A stretch of 64,000 bases of DNA, taken from NCBI GenBank assembly GCA_031409335.1, contig JANNWY010000196.1:64001-128000 (forward strand), given 5' to 3'. Source of the stretch: Chthoniobacteraceae bacterium (lineage in GTDB: Bacteria > Verrucomicrobiota > Verrucomicrobiia > Chthoniobacterales > Chthoniobacteraceae). Under the pieces are notes generated by a model. That model was not told where the DNA came from. It made no database searches and worked only from the letters and a program-made list of their open reading frames with translations. Positions 27,490-36,967 of the stretch are shown in pieces. The position numbers and the translations under genes are program-made. The first letter of the stretch is position 1, and every line of letters starts with the position of its first letter.

Positions 27490-28310
27490 GCGCGCGCGCA
27501 CAACGGAGATCAGCACAGCCACGAATCGGTGCGTTCACGTTGGTCGAGTTGCTCGTGGTGATTGGTCTCATCGCGGTGCTGGCCGCGGTGCTCCTGCCTA
27601 TCCTTCATGCCGCAAAGGTGAGTTCGTACGCGGCGCGCAGCACGAACAGCCTGCGTCAACTCGTGGCCGCAAACATCACGTATTCCGCGGAGAAAGGCTT
27701 CTACGTTCCCGCGGACAACCGCCGGAACAATCGGCGCTGGCACGGTGGCCGCACTTCGCCGAAAGAGCCATTCGATCCGGCGCGGGGATTCCTCGCGGAG
27801 TATCTGGGAAAATCGCGCGCGGTCACGCCGGACCCCTTTTTCAGCGACATGCTGAAGGACGGAAAGACCTTCGAGGAAGGCACGGGTGGCTATGGCTACA
27901 ACGCGTCTTACGTCGGCGGCACTCCCGAGTGGGGGTGGAATCCGGACGGGACAAGGCAATCCGCCGTGCCCGCGGCGATCGAGCGTCCGGCGACGACGAT
28001 GATGTTTGCGACTTCCGCCTATGCGCGTGAAAACGGCGTGCAGGAGTATCCCTACGCCGAGCCGCCGTTCTGGGATTTCGGCGACGGCCCGGTCGCGCAT
28101 CGCCCGTCGCCGACAGTCCACTTTCGCTACAACGGGCGGGCGCTCGTCGGCTGGTGCGACGGCCATGTGAGTTCCGAAGAAAGAGTCGTGCGCGCGGACG
28201 GCGAAAATCCACACTCGGGAAATGCGGAGGCGCAGAATCTCGGGTGGTTCGGCTCGGACGAGGAGAACGGCTTTTGGAATCCGCGCCGAGTCGGCCCCAG
28301 GGGGCGCTGA
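27486..28310 (+). CDS. Prepilin-type N-terminal cleavage/methylation protein with C-terminal (H/Y)-X9-DG motif
   Basis: GAFTLVELLVVIGLIAVLAAVLLP; GYGYN; HFRYNGRALVGWCDGHV; ATGA overlap with upstream gene. Confidence 0.9.
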   Translation: MSARAQRRSAQPRIGAFTLVELLVVIGLIAVLAAVLLPILHAAKVSSYAARSTNSLRQLVAANITYSAEKGFYVPADNRRNNRRWHGGRTSPKEPFDPARGFLAEYLGKSRAVTPDPFFSDMLKDGKTFEEGTGGYGYNASYVGGTPEWGWNPDGTRQSAVPAAIERPATTMMFATSAYARENGVQEYPYAEPPFWDFGDGPVAHRPSPTVHFRYNGRALVGWCDGHVSSEERVVRADGENPHSGNAEAQNLGWFGSDEENGFWNPRRVGPRGR

Positions 28311-28318
28311 TCGGGGCT

Positions 28319-29956
28319 TCAGGCTGCGACCGCCGACTGCGATTCCTCCGCGCCGGACGCCACCAGCACGGCGCGGCGCAACTCGGCGGCGCTGACGGGT
28401 TTTGCGACGATGAGGGCGATGCCCTCGGGCAAGGTTCCGCGCGCCTGCATTTCATCGCCAAATCCGGTCAGCAAAATCACCGGCGTGCCGGGGGCGGTGC
28501 CGTGGATGGCGCGCGCGAGTTGCTCGCCGCTCATTCCCGGCATGGATTGGTCAGTGACGACGAGATCGAATCGCGCGGGATTGAATTTCGCCATCGCATC
28601 GTTTCCGTCGCACGCGATTTCCACGGAGTGGCCGTCGGCGCGCAGATATTCGGCGATCAGTTCGCAGATGATTTCCTGATCGTCGGCGACGAGGATGCGG
28701 AGGTTCCGTGAAGTCCCGGTTTCCACCGATTCCACGCAGACGTGCGATTGCGGGGCGGCCAGCGGCAGGCTGATGTGAAAGGTCGTGCCGCGGCCGATCT
28801 CGCTCGTGATTTCGATCGTTCCGCCATGCCGCTGGATGATGCCATACACCACCGACAGGCCGAGCCCGGTTCCGCGTTCGCCCTTCGTCGTGAAGAACGG
28901 TTCGAGACAGCGCGCGCGATCTTCTTCGCTCATGCCCGTGCCGGAATCGGCCACCGCGACAGTCGCGAATTCCCCCTGCATTCCCGTGGTCGCGACGATC
29001 TTCCCGCCATTCGGCATCGCATCGACCGCGTTGAAAATCAGATTGGTCAAAACCTCGCGCAACTCCGCCGCATTCCCGGCGATCGGCGCGGATGCCTGCA
29101 GGTTCGTGAGCACTTCGATTTGCACGCCGTCCGAGCGCGCCTTGCCTTTCCATTTCGGCGCGGTGAGCGAGACGGCTTGGGTCACGGTCTCGTTGAGATC
29201 GACGGGCACGCGCACGTCGTTGCACGTCGCAGGCCGGTAAAATTCCCGCAGCCGGCTGACGACGTGCGTCGCATCCTGCGCGGCGGCGATCATGTGGCGC
29301 AGATACGCGATTTCGCGCTCCGGCCCGCTTTGCAGCATGTATGGGAGCAGCAGCTCGCCGTAGCCGAGCACCATCGTCAGCGCGTTGTTGAAATCGTGCG
29401 CGATGCCGCCGGCCATCATGCCGAGCGCGCTCAGGCGTTCCTGCTTCACCACATGCTCCTGCGTCGAGCGGAGTTCCGCGAGCAATTCCTCCAGCCGCGC
29501 CGTCCGTTCGCGGACCAACTCTTCCAGACCGAGGTTCTGCTTTTGCAATTCAAGATGCAGAAAGCGGTTTTCGAGCAGGTTGTTGATGCGCAGGACGACT
29601 TCAAAATTATCCAGCGGCTTGGTGACGAGATCCTTCGCGCCAGCGGCGAGCGCGCGGCGTTTGGTGTCGATCGTGACATCCGCGGTGAGCACGAGGATCG
29701 GCAGATAATCCTCGGGATCGACGGCGGCCTTCAATTGCTCGATCACCGCGAAACCATCGAGGTGCGGCATGTGCAGATCGAGCAGCACGAGGTCCGGGCG
29801 AAATTCAAAATACAGCGCCAGCGCCGTCCGCGAATCCGTCGTGCTTTTCACCGCCGCGCAGCCAAACATTTCCAGCACGCGTTCCAGCAACCGGATGTTC
29901 GACGGCTCATCATCGACGATGAGGACGCGGGCCTTGTTGAGCAATGGTTGAGGCAT
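28319..29956 (-). CDS. Cytoplasmic hybrid histidine kinase (REC-HisKA-HATPase-REC)
   Basis: VLIVDD..LLDLHMP; AHDFNN; NLIFNA, DSGTG, FFTTK, GTGLGL; ILVADD..TDQSMP. Confidence 0.93.
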   Translation of the reverse strand: MPQPLLNKARVLIVDDEPSNIRLLERVLEMFGCAAVKSTTDSRTALALYFEFRPDLVLLDLHMPHLDGFAVIEQLKAAVDPEDYLPILVLTADVTIDTKRRALAAGAKDLVTKPLDNFEVVLRINNLLENRFLHLELQKQNLGLEELVRERTARLEELLAELRSTQEHVVKQERLSALGMMAGGIAHDFNNALTMVLGYGELLLPYMLQSGPEREIAYLRHMIAAAQDATHVVSRLREFYRPATCNDVRVPVDLNETVTQAVSLTAPKWKGKARSDGVQIEVLTNLQASAPIAGNAAELREVLTNLIFNAVDAMPNGGKIVATTGMQGEFATVAVADSGTGMSEEDRARCLEPFFTTKGERGTGLGLSVVYGIIQRHGGTIEITSEIGRGTTFHISLPLAAPQSHVCVESVETGTSRNLRILVADDQEIICELIAEYLRADGHSVEIACDGNDAMAKFNPARFDLVVTDQSMPGMSGEQLARAIHGTAPGTPVILLTGFGDEMQARGTLPEGIALIVAKPVSAAELRRAVLVASGAEESQSAVAA

Positions 29957-30069
29957 GTTTGGGACGGGCTTGCCCGGCTTCCCTCCGGGCGGAAAGTGGC
30001 GGCATTTGTTCCCCTCTGGAAAAGCATGTGGTATGCCTCCGCCGTGCTTGCAGCCGCTTCCAAACCTTC

Positions 30070-30756
30070 ATGACGGTCCCCATCGACCGCCAAAGTTCCC
30101 GTGTGCGCAGCATGTTTTCCGCGATTGCGCGACGCTACGATTTCGCCAATCACCTACTCAGCGGCGGCCTCGATTTCTTTTGGAGAAAGCGCGCCGCCAA
30201 TCTCGTCCGAGCGTGGAAACCATCGCGGATTCTCGATCTTGCGACCGGCAGCGGCGATCTCGCGCTCACGATCCGTGCCGCGTGCCCCGACGCCGTGATT
30301 GTCGGCGCCGATTTCTGCCATCCGATGCTCCGCGTCGCGCAGAAAAAGGGCCTCGCACTGCTCGTCGTCGCGGATGGCCTCCGACTCCCTTTCACCGACG
30401 CCACGTTCGATGTGCTCACGATCGCCTTCGGCCTCCGCAATATGGAATCGTGGTCCGCCGGCCTCCGCGAAATGCGGCGGGTACTGAGCCCCGGCGGGCA
30501 TCTGCTCGTGCTGGATTTCTCCATCCCACCACCGCCGCTGCGCTGGATTTACCGGCCCTATCTCCACCACGCCATGCCGCGCATCGCGTCCTTCGTGACC
30601 GGGCAAAAGTCCGCGTATGACTACCTCGGCGAATCGATCGAGCAATTTCCCCACGGCGAAGCCATGTGCGCGCTTCTCCGCGAAGCAGGATTTGCCGAAT
30701 CCACGTGCGAACCGCTCAGCGGCGGCATCGTTTCGCTCTATACGGCAGGGTGTTGA
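30070..30756 (+). CDS. ubiE: Ubiquinone/menaquinone biosynthesis C-methyltransferase (UbiE/MenG)
   Basis: MFSAIARRYDFANHLLSGGLD..W, LDLATGSGD, AFGLRN, AYDYLGESI. Confidence 0.9.
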   Translation: MTVPIDRQSSRVRSMFSAIARRYDFANHLLSGGLDFFWRKRAANLVRAWKPSRILDLATGSGDLALTIRAACPDAVIVGADFCHPMLRVAQKKGLALLVVADGLRLPFTDATFDVLTIAFGLRNMESWSAGLREMRRVLSPGGHLLVLDFSIPPPPLRWIYRPYLHHAMPRIASFVTGQKSAYDYLGESIEQFPHGEAMCALLREAGFAESTCEPLSGGIVSLYTAGC

Positions 30757-31445
30757 ACGGGCCGTGCTTTCACCAGCAGGAAGACAATCAATCCGAGCGT
30801 GGCCGCGGATGAAATGAGGGAACTCGCGCTCTGCACGCGGAAAAATTCGCCGGCCAGTTGCGGCGATGTCTGGCGGAGGATGATCATCGGCGAGAGCGTG
30901 GTGCCGACTAAGGAAAGGCCGTTTGCGAGCAGGAGGAAACCGCCGGTCCACCATGGATTTTGTGCAGTCCAGTTCAACATCGCGCTCACCCGCGAATCGG
31001 GGCGAGCGACCGCGAGCAGCGTCCAGATGAAGAGCCCGAGCGAGAGCAGTTTCGTGGCGCTGACTATCGCTGCAAAGGCCGCCGGACTGGTGGTGAGGGA
31101 AGCGCCTGCCAGCGCGAGGAGGGAATCCAAAACACCGAGTGCGCTTCGCAATGTGGTCCATCCCGCAACGCCTAAAATGAGCCACCAAAGCGCGCGACGT
31201 GGCAGCAGCGTGGACTCCGCTTTTTCAAACTCAGCCTCGATCTCTGCCGGGCTGCCGAGACGCCGGGTGGCGATGAGGAACGCTTCCGCGTCATTGAGGC
31301 CACGCTGATGGAGATCGGCGATGCTGTCGCTCAGATGGCTTTCGAGTTCGGCGATTTTGCCGGGTTCGAGATTGCCGCGCGCGGCGAGGTGAGTGGTCCA
31401 GTGGGCGCGGGCGGATGTCAGATCGAAGCGGGAGTGGGATTCCAT
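30738..31445 (-). CDS. Permease-prefix-domain membrane protein (PadR-associated)
   Basis: ELESHL..GL..EAF..A..RLG N-terminal motif followed by about 4 TM helices. Confidence 0.8.
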   Translation of the reverse strand: MESHSRFDLTSARAHWTTHLAARGNLEPGKIAELESHLSDSIADLHQRGLNDAEAFLIATRRLGSPAEIEAEFEKAESTLLPRRALWWLILGVAGWTTLRSALGVLDSLLALAGASLTTSPAAFAAIVSATKLLSLGLFIWTLLAVARPDSRVSAMLNWTAQNPWWTGGFLLLANGLSLVGTTLSPMIILRQTSPQLAGEFFRVQSASSLISSAATLGLIVFLLVKARPVQHPAV

Positions 31446-31756
31446 AGGGTGTTGAGGGTTTGATGCACGGAGAGCCATTGCTGTTGCTCGGTCCTGAGCG
31501 CAGCGCCGCCAGGTTTGGTGAGGCGGTAGTATTTTCGCTTTCGACCCGTGTCAGAGTCCTTCCACTGCGCTTCGATGAGACCCTCGTCTTCGAGACGGTG
31601 GAGCACCGGGTAAAGCATTCCTTCGGTCCAATTCAGCTCACCGCCGGAGAGTTCCTTCACACGCTGGATGAGCGCGTAGCCGTAGCTTTCGCCATCGGAT
31701 AGGAGCGAAAGCAGGAGCGGTCGCGTGGAGGCGGCGACGAGTTCTCGATTGAGCAT
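31418..31756 (-). CDS. PadR-family transcriptional regulator
   Basis: SYGYALIQ, EGMLYPVLHRLE, RKRKYYRLT..G. Confidence 0.93.
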   Translation of the reverse strand: MLNRELVAASTRPLLLSLLSDGESYGYALIQRVKELSGGELNWTEGMLYPVLHRLEDEGLIEAQWKDSDTGRKRKYYRLTKPGGAALRTEQQQWLSVHQTLNTLWNPTPASI

Positions 31757-31763
31757 GGGGATA

Positions 31764-31792
31764 GAGATACATAGCTCAACGAGGTATGTCAA
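31764..31792 (-). promoter_or_regulatory. padR promoter (probably leaderless) with overlapping inverted-repeat operator
   Basis: TTGACA-N17-TATCTC-N7-ATG; ACATAGCTC-AAC-GAGGTATGT inverted repeat (1 mismatch) at 31769-31789. Confidence 0.7.
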
Positions 31793-31909
31793 CTCGTTGT
31801 GCGGAAGACATGGCCTGAGCACGGGAAACTGAAACCAGTTCGATGTCCTGATTTCCTCCCGAACCGCTGTGATGGTATGAAACCAAAAAACGAAATCCTC
31901 AAACTTCAC

Positions 31910-32281
31910 ATGAACATCACATCCCGCCTCCTCATCACTGCCCTCTGCACGTCCGCCTTGCTCCTTCCAACGCCACTTCTCGCCGCGAAAGGCGGGAAGA
32001 AGGGGAAGAAAGCCGACCAGACCCAGAATGCCGGCAAGGCTGCGCGTCCCGGTATGTTGTTGAAAAAATATGACGCCGACTCGAACGGATCGATCGACGG
32101 AACCGAAGTCGAAGCACTTCGCAAGGCATTCGACGCGGACAAGACGGGACCTTTGAAAAAGCTCGATGCGAATAGCAACGGCACGCTCGATGACACGGAA
32201 ATCAGCGCCATCAAAAAGGGCAAAGGCAAACAGAAGAAAGCCGGGGCGGGCGGGAAAAAGAAGGCGCGGAAAAACAAGTGA
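31910..32281 (+). CDS. Secreted EF-hand protein, Lys-rich
   Basis: Signal peptide; loops DADSNGSIDGTE and DANSNGTLDDTE. Confidence 0.85.
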   Translation: MNITSRLLITALCTSALLLPTPLLAAKGGKKGKKADQTQNAGKAARPGMLLKKYDADSNGSIDGTEVEALRKAFDADKTGPLKKLDANSNGTLDDTEISAIKKGKGKQKKAGAGGKKKARKNK

Positions 32282-32340
32282 CGTTTTCAGGAGACGGCAC
32301 TGGAAATCGTGCCGGGCCCTGCCATCTTTCAGGCACTTCC

Positions 32341-32694
32341 ATGTTGCTCCCTCGATCCTTCGCAATCGCGATTTTTCTGGCGGCCTTCGCGCCATCGTTC
32401 GCCGCCGCGGCAAAGCCAAAGCCGGCCAAAAAGTTTCCGCCCGCGGTGACTGTGAAAGATCTCGCGTTACGAGAGGCGCGGACTTGCGATACCAATCGCA
32501 ACGACAAAATAGACGCGCAGGAGATGACGCAACTGCGTCTCGCGCAATCGAAGAATCCGAAGAGCTACCTGTATCTTTTCGACAACAACGGAAACAACTA
32601 CCTCGACGATTCGGAGATCGCGAAAATTTCGCTGAAGCCGGAGAAACCACGGCTGATCCACGCGGATCAGCCGAAGAAAAAGAAGAAGAAGTAG
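32341..32694 (+). CDS. Secreted EF-hand protein, Lys-rich
   Basis: Signal peptide; loops DTNRNDKIDAQE and DNNGNNYLDDSE; poly-Lys tail. Confidence 0.8.
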   Translation: MLLPRSFAIAIFLAAFAPSFAAAAKPKPAKKFPPAVTVKDLALREARTCDTNRNDKIDAQEMTQLRLAQSKNPKSYLYLFDNNGNNYLDDSEIAKISLKPEKPRLIHADQPKKKKKK

Positions 32695-32706
32695 AAAGGC
32701 ATCGGC

Positions 32707-33249
32707 ATGGAAAACACCGCCGAATCCCCGCTCGCTTCGCAGAAGCGCTTGATGCTGCTGATGACGCAGCACCAGCGGCGGATTTTTTCCTACATCTTCA
32801 CGCTCGTGCCATCGCGCGCGGATGCGGAGGACATCCTCCAGGACACGAGCCTCGTGATTTGCGAAAAATTTGGCGACTTCACACCCGGCACCGATTTCGC
32901 GGCATGGGCGTGCCGGATCGCGTATTGGGAAGTGCGGCGGGCGCGGCAGAAATTTGCGCGGGCGAAAGTGGTGTTCGATCAGGACGTGGTGGATGCGCTG
33001 GCGCAGACGGCGTCCGCGATGATCGCCGAGGTGAGCGAGCGGCATGAGGCGCTGGCGGGATGTTTGAAAAAGCTGCATCCGCGCGACCGCGAATTGGTGC
33101 TGATGCGGTATGAGCCGGGCTGCGGTGTCGAGGAGGCGGCGCGCTGCTCGGGGCGCTCGCTCGATGCGGCCTACAAGGCGCTGGGGCGCATCCGCAAGAC
33201 CTTGCTCGATTGCGTGAGCCACCGGCTCGCGACGGAGGGCGCGACATGA
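32707..33249 (+). CDS. ECF sigma-70 factor (Rhodopirellula/Verrucomicrobium type)
   Basis: HQRRIFSYIFTLV..DAEDILQ, GTDFAAWACRIA, ALAGCLKKL, YKALGRIRKTLLDCV. Confidence 0.9.
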   Translation: MENTAESPLASQKRLMLLMTQHQRRIFSYIFTLVPSRADAEDILQDTSLVICEKFGDFTPGTDFAAWACRIAYWEVRRARQKFARAKVVFDQDVVDALAQTASAMIAEVSERHEALAGCLKKLHPRDRELVLMRYEPGCGVEEAARCSGRSLDAAYKALGRIRKTLLDCVSHRLATEGAT

Positions 33250-34814
33250 ATTTCAGCGACGCCGACCGGCTCGAACTCAGCGAATTGTGCGGCGCGCTGG
33301 TGGACGGCACGCTCGACATGGAGCGGCGCAACCGGCTGGCCCAGATGCTCGCCACTTCGGAAGAAGCGCGCCGCTTCTACGTCCGCGCGATGTCGCTCTC
33401 GGCGAGCCTGCACGAGTACGCGAGCGATATGCCGATCGAGCGCCCGGTGCCCGCCGCCGAGCGACCGACCGCGTGGCGATGGGCGCTCGGCGCACTGGCG
33501 ACTGCGGCGGTCGTCGTGTTTGCATTCTGGCTGGGTGCTTTGCGGAGTGGCGACCAATCGGTCGAGGCCGTGCTGGCGGACACCGGCGGCGAGGAATTCG
33601 TCGCGCAGATTTCAGGGGCGAAAAACTGCGCGTGGCGCGGTGCCGCGATGCAACCGGGCGAGGAGCTGCGGCGCGGGCAGCGGGTCGAGCTGATGAGTGG
33701 CTTCGCGGAGATCACGTTCGACTGTGGCGCGCAGGTGACGATCGAGGGGCCGGCGACGCTGACGGTGAATTCGGATTGGGAAGCCGGGCTGGAACGCGGG
33801 ACGCTGAAGGCGCACGTGCCGGCAGAGGCCGTCGGCTTTCGCGTCGCGAATCCAGCGGTCTATGTCATCAATCCGGGCACGGAATTCAGCATCGTCGCCG
33901 ATGCCGAAAACGTGCGGGAGGTTTTCGTCACGAAAGGCGCGATCGAGGTGCAATCGCGCGATGGCACCGAGGGCGGGCGGAACGGATTTGCGCTGCTCGA
34001 AAATCAGGCGCGACGCTTTGCGGCAAACGGGCCAACGGAAGTTCGCGATCGAGATCAAAAGCTCGCGCGCCTTTCCAGCAAGACACAGCTCGATCGGCTG
34101 ATTCGGCCGGCAAACTACACGCACTGGTCCTTCGACGAACTCGACGGCGCGAACTTCCCCAATACGAGCATCGGTGCGAACGCAGCTTCCAGCCCGGCGC
34201 GCATTCACGCTCCGAAGGAATTCGATTTCGCGCGTCTCCGCTCGACCGGCCGATTCCTCGGCGCGGTTCGTTTCGACGGAACCGTCTCCGCGACGGCATT
34301 GGTTCCGGATCTCTCGAAGCGGACGGCGCGGACGGTCGCCTTCTGGGTGAAAATCCGCGAGAACGCGCCGCTGCCGGAAGTCGGCGCGATCCTCTCGTGG
34401 CCGGGCGTGCAGATCGGGTGGAACCGCAATCCCGAATCGGGAACGCTCGGCGGGCTCTCGACCCGGGCCGGACGCATGATCACGGCCGGGGCCACGCCGC
34501 TGCGGGATGGCCACTGGCATCACATCGCCGTGGTGCTGAATCCCGGGCGAAAGCCAGACGCGATGCAGATTCGCCAGTACGTCGATGGCCGGCTCGAGAG
34601 TGCGCAATCGAAGCGCGCTGGAAAACGGACGCTCGCACGCGGGACGTCGCAGCAGGCGGATTTGCTAACGATCGGAGCTGGCGCGGATGGGACGATTTTC
34701 CGCGGGGAAATGGACGAGCTTTTCATCGCGGACCGGGCGCTGGTGCCGCAGGAAATCCGGGGTTTGATGAACCGCAATCAGCCGCTGCGGGCGGAGCCGC
34801 TGGCGGCAAATTGA
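33246..34814 (+). CDS. FecR-like anti-sigma factor with C-terminal LamG-like domain
   Basis: N-terminal anti-sigma helix, TM, GAQVTIEGPA, GTEF; HWSFDE, DGHWHHIAVV, YVDG, FRGEMDE. Confidence 0.85.
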   Translation: MNFSDADRLELSELCGALVDGTLDMERRNRLAQMLATSEEARRFYVRAMSLSASLHEYASDMPIERPVPAAERPTAWRWALGALATAAVVVFAFWLGALRSGDQSVEAVLADTGGEEFVAQISGAKNCAWRGAAMQPGEELRRGQRVELMSGFAEITFDCGAQVTIEGPATLTVNSDWEAGLERGTLKAHVPAEAVGFRVANPAVYVINPGTEFSIVADAENVREVFVTKGAIEVQSRDGTEGGRNGFALLENQARRFAANGPTEVRDRDQKLARLSSKTQLDRLIRPANYTHWSFDELDGANFPNTSIGANAASSPARIHAPKEFDFARLRSTGRFLGAVRFDGTVSATALVPDLSKRTARTVAFWVKIRENAPLPEVGAILSWPGVQIGWNRNPESGTLGGLSTRAGRMITAGATPLRDGHWHHIAVVLNPGRKPDAMQIRQYVDGRLESAQSKRAGKRTLARGTSQQADLLTIGAGADGTIFRGEMDELFIADRALVPQEIRGLMNRNQPLRAEPLAAN

Positions 34815-34821
34815 TCGCGGC

Positions 34822-36294
34822 TCAAAACGCGCCGTCGCGCAGATCGCGGAATGCCGCGCCCAGATTTGCGATGACGTGTGTCGCGGACAGCGACTCTTCG
34901 GATTCGCCCCCGCGCGTGATCGCGCACTCCGCGGCGCGCCCGCAAAGCCATGCGCCAACACGCGCGGAATCGTAGAGCGCGAGACCTTGCGCGGCGAGCG
35001 CGGCGAGGACGCCGGTGAGGACATCGCCCATTCCGCCGCTGGCCATTCCGGGAGTGCCGGTGGGATTGTAGCTGAGCGGGAGCGCGCGCTGGCCGATCAG
35101 CGTGCGCGCGCCTTTCAGCAGGAGCGTGGCGGGAAAACGCGCGTTGAATTGCGCGACAGTTGCGGGTCGCGAAAGCGTTTTCGATTCCGGGAAAAGTCGC
35201 GCCATTTCGCCGGGATGCGGCGTGAGCAATCGCGGACCGGCGCACACTTCCAGCGATTGGAGGTGCGTGGCCAGGACGGTGAGCGCGTCGGCATCGACGA
35301 TGAGCGGTTGTGGCGCGCTTGCGATGAGTTCGAGAATCTCCGCGCGCTGCTCTGTGCCGAGGCCGGGACCGATGGCGAGGACGTGGTGGTTCGCGTCGAG
35401 GATTTCGAGATGCGAGTCGATGGCTTTTACCATGATCTCCGGCGCGGTGCGTGCAGCGACGAGTGGCTGCGCCTCCCGCGAAACGTAAAGCGTCACGAGC
35501 CCCGCGCCCGCATGAACACAGGCTTCCGCGGCCATGATCGCCGCGCCGGTGAAGCCGGGCGAACCGGCAAGAATGCCGACGCGCCCGCAATCGCCCTTGT
35601 GCAAATCGAAGCGGCGGCGCGGGAGCAGCGCGGCGAGATTTGCGGATGTGGCGACTTCCGCGCCGCTATTGGGAGTGAAACGTTTTGTGAGTTCGTCGAG
35701 CGGCAGCACGGCAAGTCGTCCGACAAAATTTGTCGCGCCATCCGCAAGCAGTCCCGCTTTCGCGCAGCCGATCGTGAGCGTGAAATCGGCGATGACGGTG
35801 TCGGGACCGGGTGCGCCCGAGTCGCCATCGAGGCCAGTGGGCAGGTCGATGGCAAAAATGTGCGCGCTGTTTTCTCGGCGGAGACGATTGATTTCGCGCA
35901 CGGCTCCGAGGATCGGTTCGCGCAAAGGACCGCCCGCGCCGATGCCGAGCAGGCCATCGAGAACGATGAGTGGGCGGGCGTGGTTTTGCGCGTTGGGCGC
36001 GGCGGCAAGCCGTTCGTGGTTTCGCGCCGTCAGCTCGGCCCACTCGCTGGCCGCGAAGGCGGGCCGCAACTCGATTTTCCATCCCGCCAGCGCGAGATGC
36101 CGCGACGCGACGAGCGCGTCACCACCATTGTGACCTTTCCCAAACACCGCGATGCAGCGCCCGGGATCGGGAAAAAATTGCCGGACGGCGCGGGCAATTT
36201 TTTCCCCGGCTTCCTCCATCAAATCATGCGCGTCCACGCCATCCGCGAATGCCCGCGCCTCGATCGCCTTCATTTCCGCGCAGGTGGCGATCAT
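34822..36294 (-). CDS. nnr: Bifunctional NAD(P)H-hydrate epimerase/dehydratase
   Basis: LMEEAG, GKGHNGGD, DLPTG, HKGDCG, GAGLV, IGPGLG, VDADAL, TPHPGE, GGMGDVLTG. Confidence 0.93.
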   Translation of the reverse strand: MIATCAEMKAIEARAFADGVDAHDLMEEAGEKIARAVRQFFPDPGRCIAVFGKGHNGGDALVASRHLALAGWKIELRPAFAASEWAELTARNHERLAAAPNAQNHARPLIVLDGLLGIGAGGPLREPILGAVREINRLRRENSAHIFAIDLPTGLDGDSGAPGPDTVIADFTLTIGCAKAGLLADGATNFVGRLAVLPLDELTKRFTPNSGAEVATSANLAALLPRRRFDLHKGDCGRVGILAGSPGFTGAAIMAAEACVHAGAGLVTLYVSREAQPLVAARTAPEIMVKAIDSHLEILDANHHVLAIGPGLGTEQRAEILELIASAPQPLIVDADALTVLATHLQSLEVCAGPRLLTPHPGEMARLFPESKTLSRPATVAQFNARFPATLLLKGARTLIGQRALPLSYNPTGTPGMASGGMGDVLTGVLAALAAQGLALYDSARVGAWLCGRAAECAITRGGESEESLSATHVIANLGAAFRDLRDGAF

Positions 36295-36309
36295 CGCAGG
36301 CGCGAAGCG

Positions 36310-36900
36310 TTAATACTTCCTATCGATCGCCGCCGCGATGGCGCTGGCGATGCGCTGCCGATGACTCGCGCTGAGGAGTCGCCTGGCTTCGGCGCGATTC
36401 GTGAGAAAACCGCATTCGCACAGGACCGCCGGGTTGGAATTGCGGCGCAACACGTAAAAGCCGCGACGCCGGACGCCGCGATTTTCCGTGCCCGCCGCGC
36501 CCAGGATCGCGGAGTGGAGCGCCGCCGCGAGCGACGCGCTTTTTCGGCTGTAGTAGTAAGTCTCGATTCCGTTCGCGCCTTCACGGGCGCCGGAGTTGAG
36601 GTGAATGCTGACGAAGGCCGCGCCCCGGTGCGAATTCGAGATCGCGCAGCGTCGATCCAGCCCGACGAAATAGTCGCCGGAGCGCGTCATCACTGTGCGA
36701 AATCCGCGCGCGCGGAGTTCGGCGGAAAGCCGCCGCGCGATGTCGAGCGCGTAGGGTTTTTCGGCGATGCGCTGGCCGGGCGAGCCGCCGCGGTCGTGCC
36801 CGCCGTGGCCGGCGTCGATCACGATCGTCTTTGCCGCAAAAGCCGGCGAAACCCCGAGGATCAGGGCGAACAGGAAGAGGAGGAAGCCGACTCGTTTCAT
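36310..36900 (-). CDS. N-acetylmuramoyl-L-alanine amidase (Amidase_3)
   Basis: Signal peptide; IDAGHGGHD, EK, FVSIHLN, VLCECGF. Confidence 0.92.
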   Translation of the reverse strand: MKRVGFLLFLFALILGVSPAFAAKTIVIDAGHGGHDRGGSPGQRIAEKPYALDIARRLSAELRARGFRTVMTRSGDYFVGLDRRCAISNSHRGAAFVSIHLNSGAREGANGIETYYYSRKSASLAAALHSAILGAAGTENRGVRRRGFYVLRRNSNPAVLCECGFLTNRAEARRLLSASHRQRIASAIAAAIDRKY

Positions 36901-36967
36901 GCAGGAGAGGGCGGGAAGGTTTCAAAACATGCCGCGATTGCCAGTGGTATTTCGCGGCGTGGATATT

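Noticed and set aside
31910..32694. Lanmodulin-type lanthanide binders
   Set aside because: EF loops lack the position-2 Pro typical of lanmodulin and there are only two loops per protein
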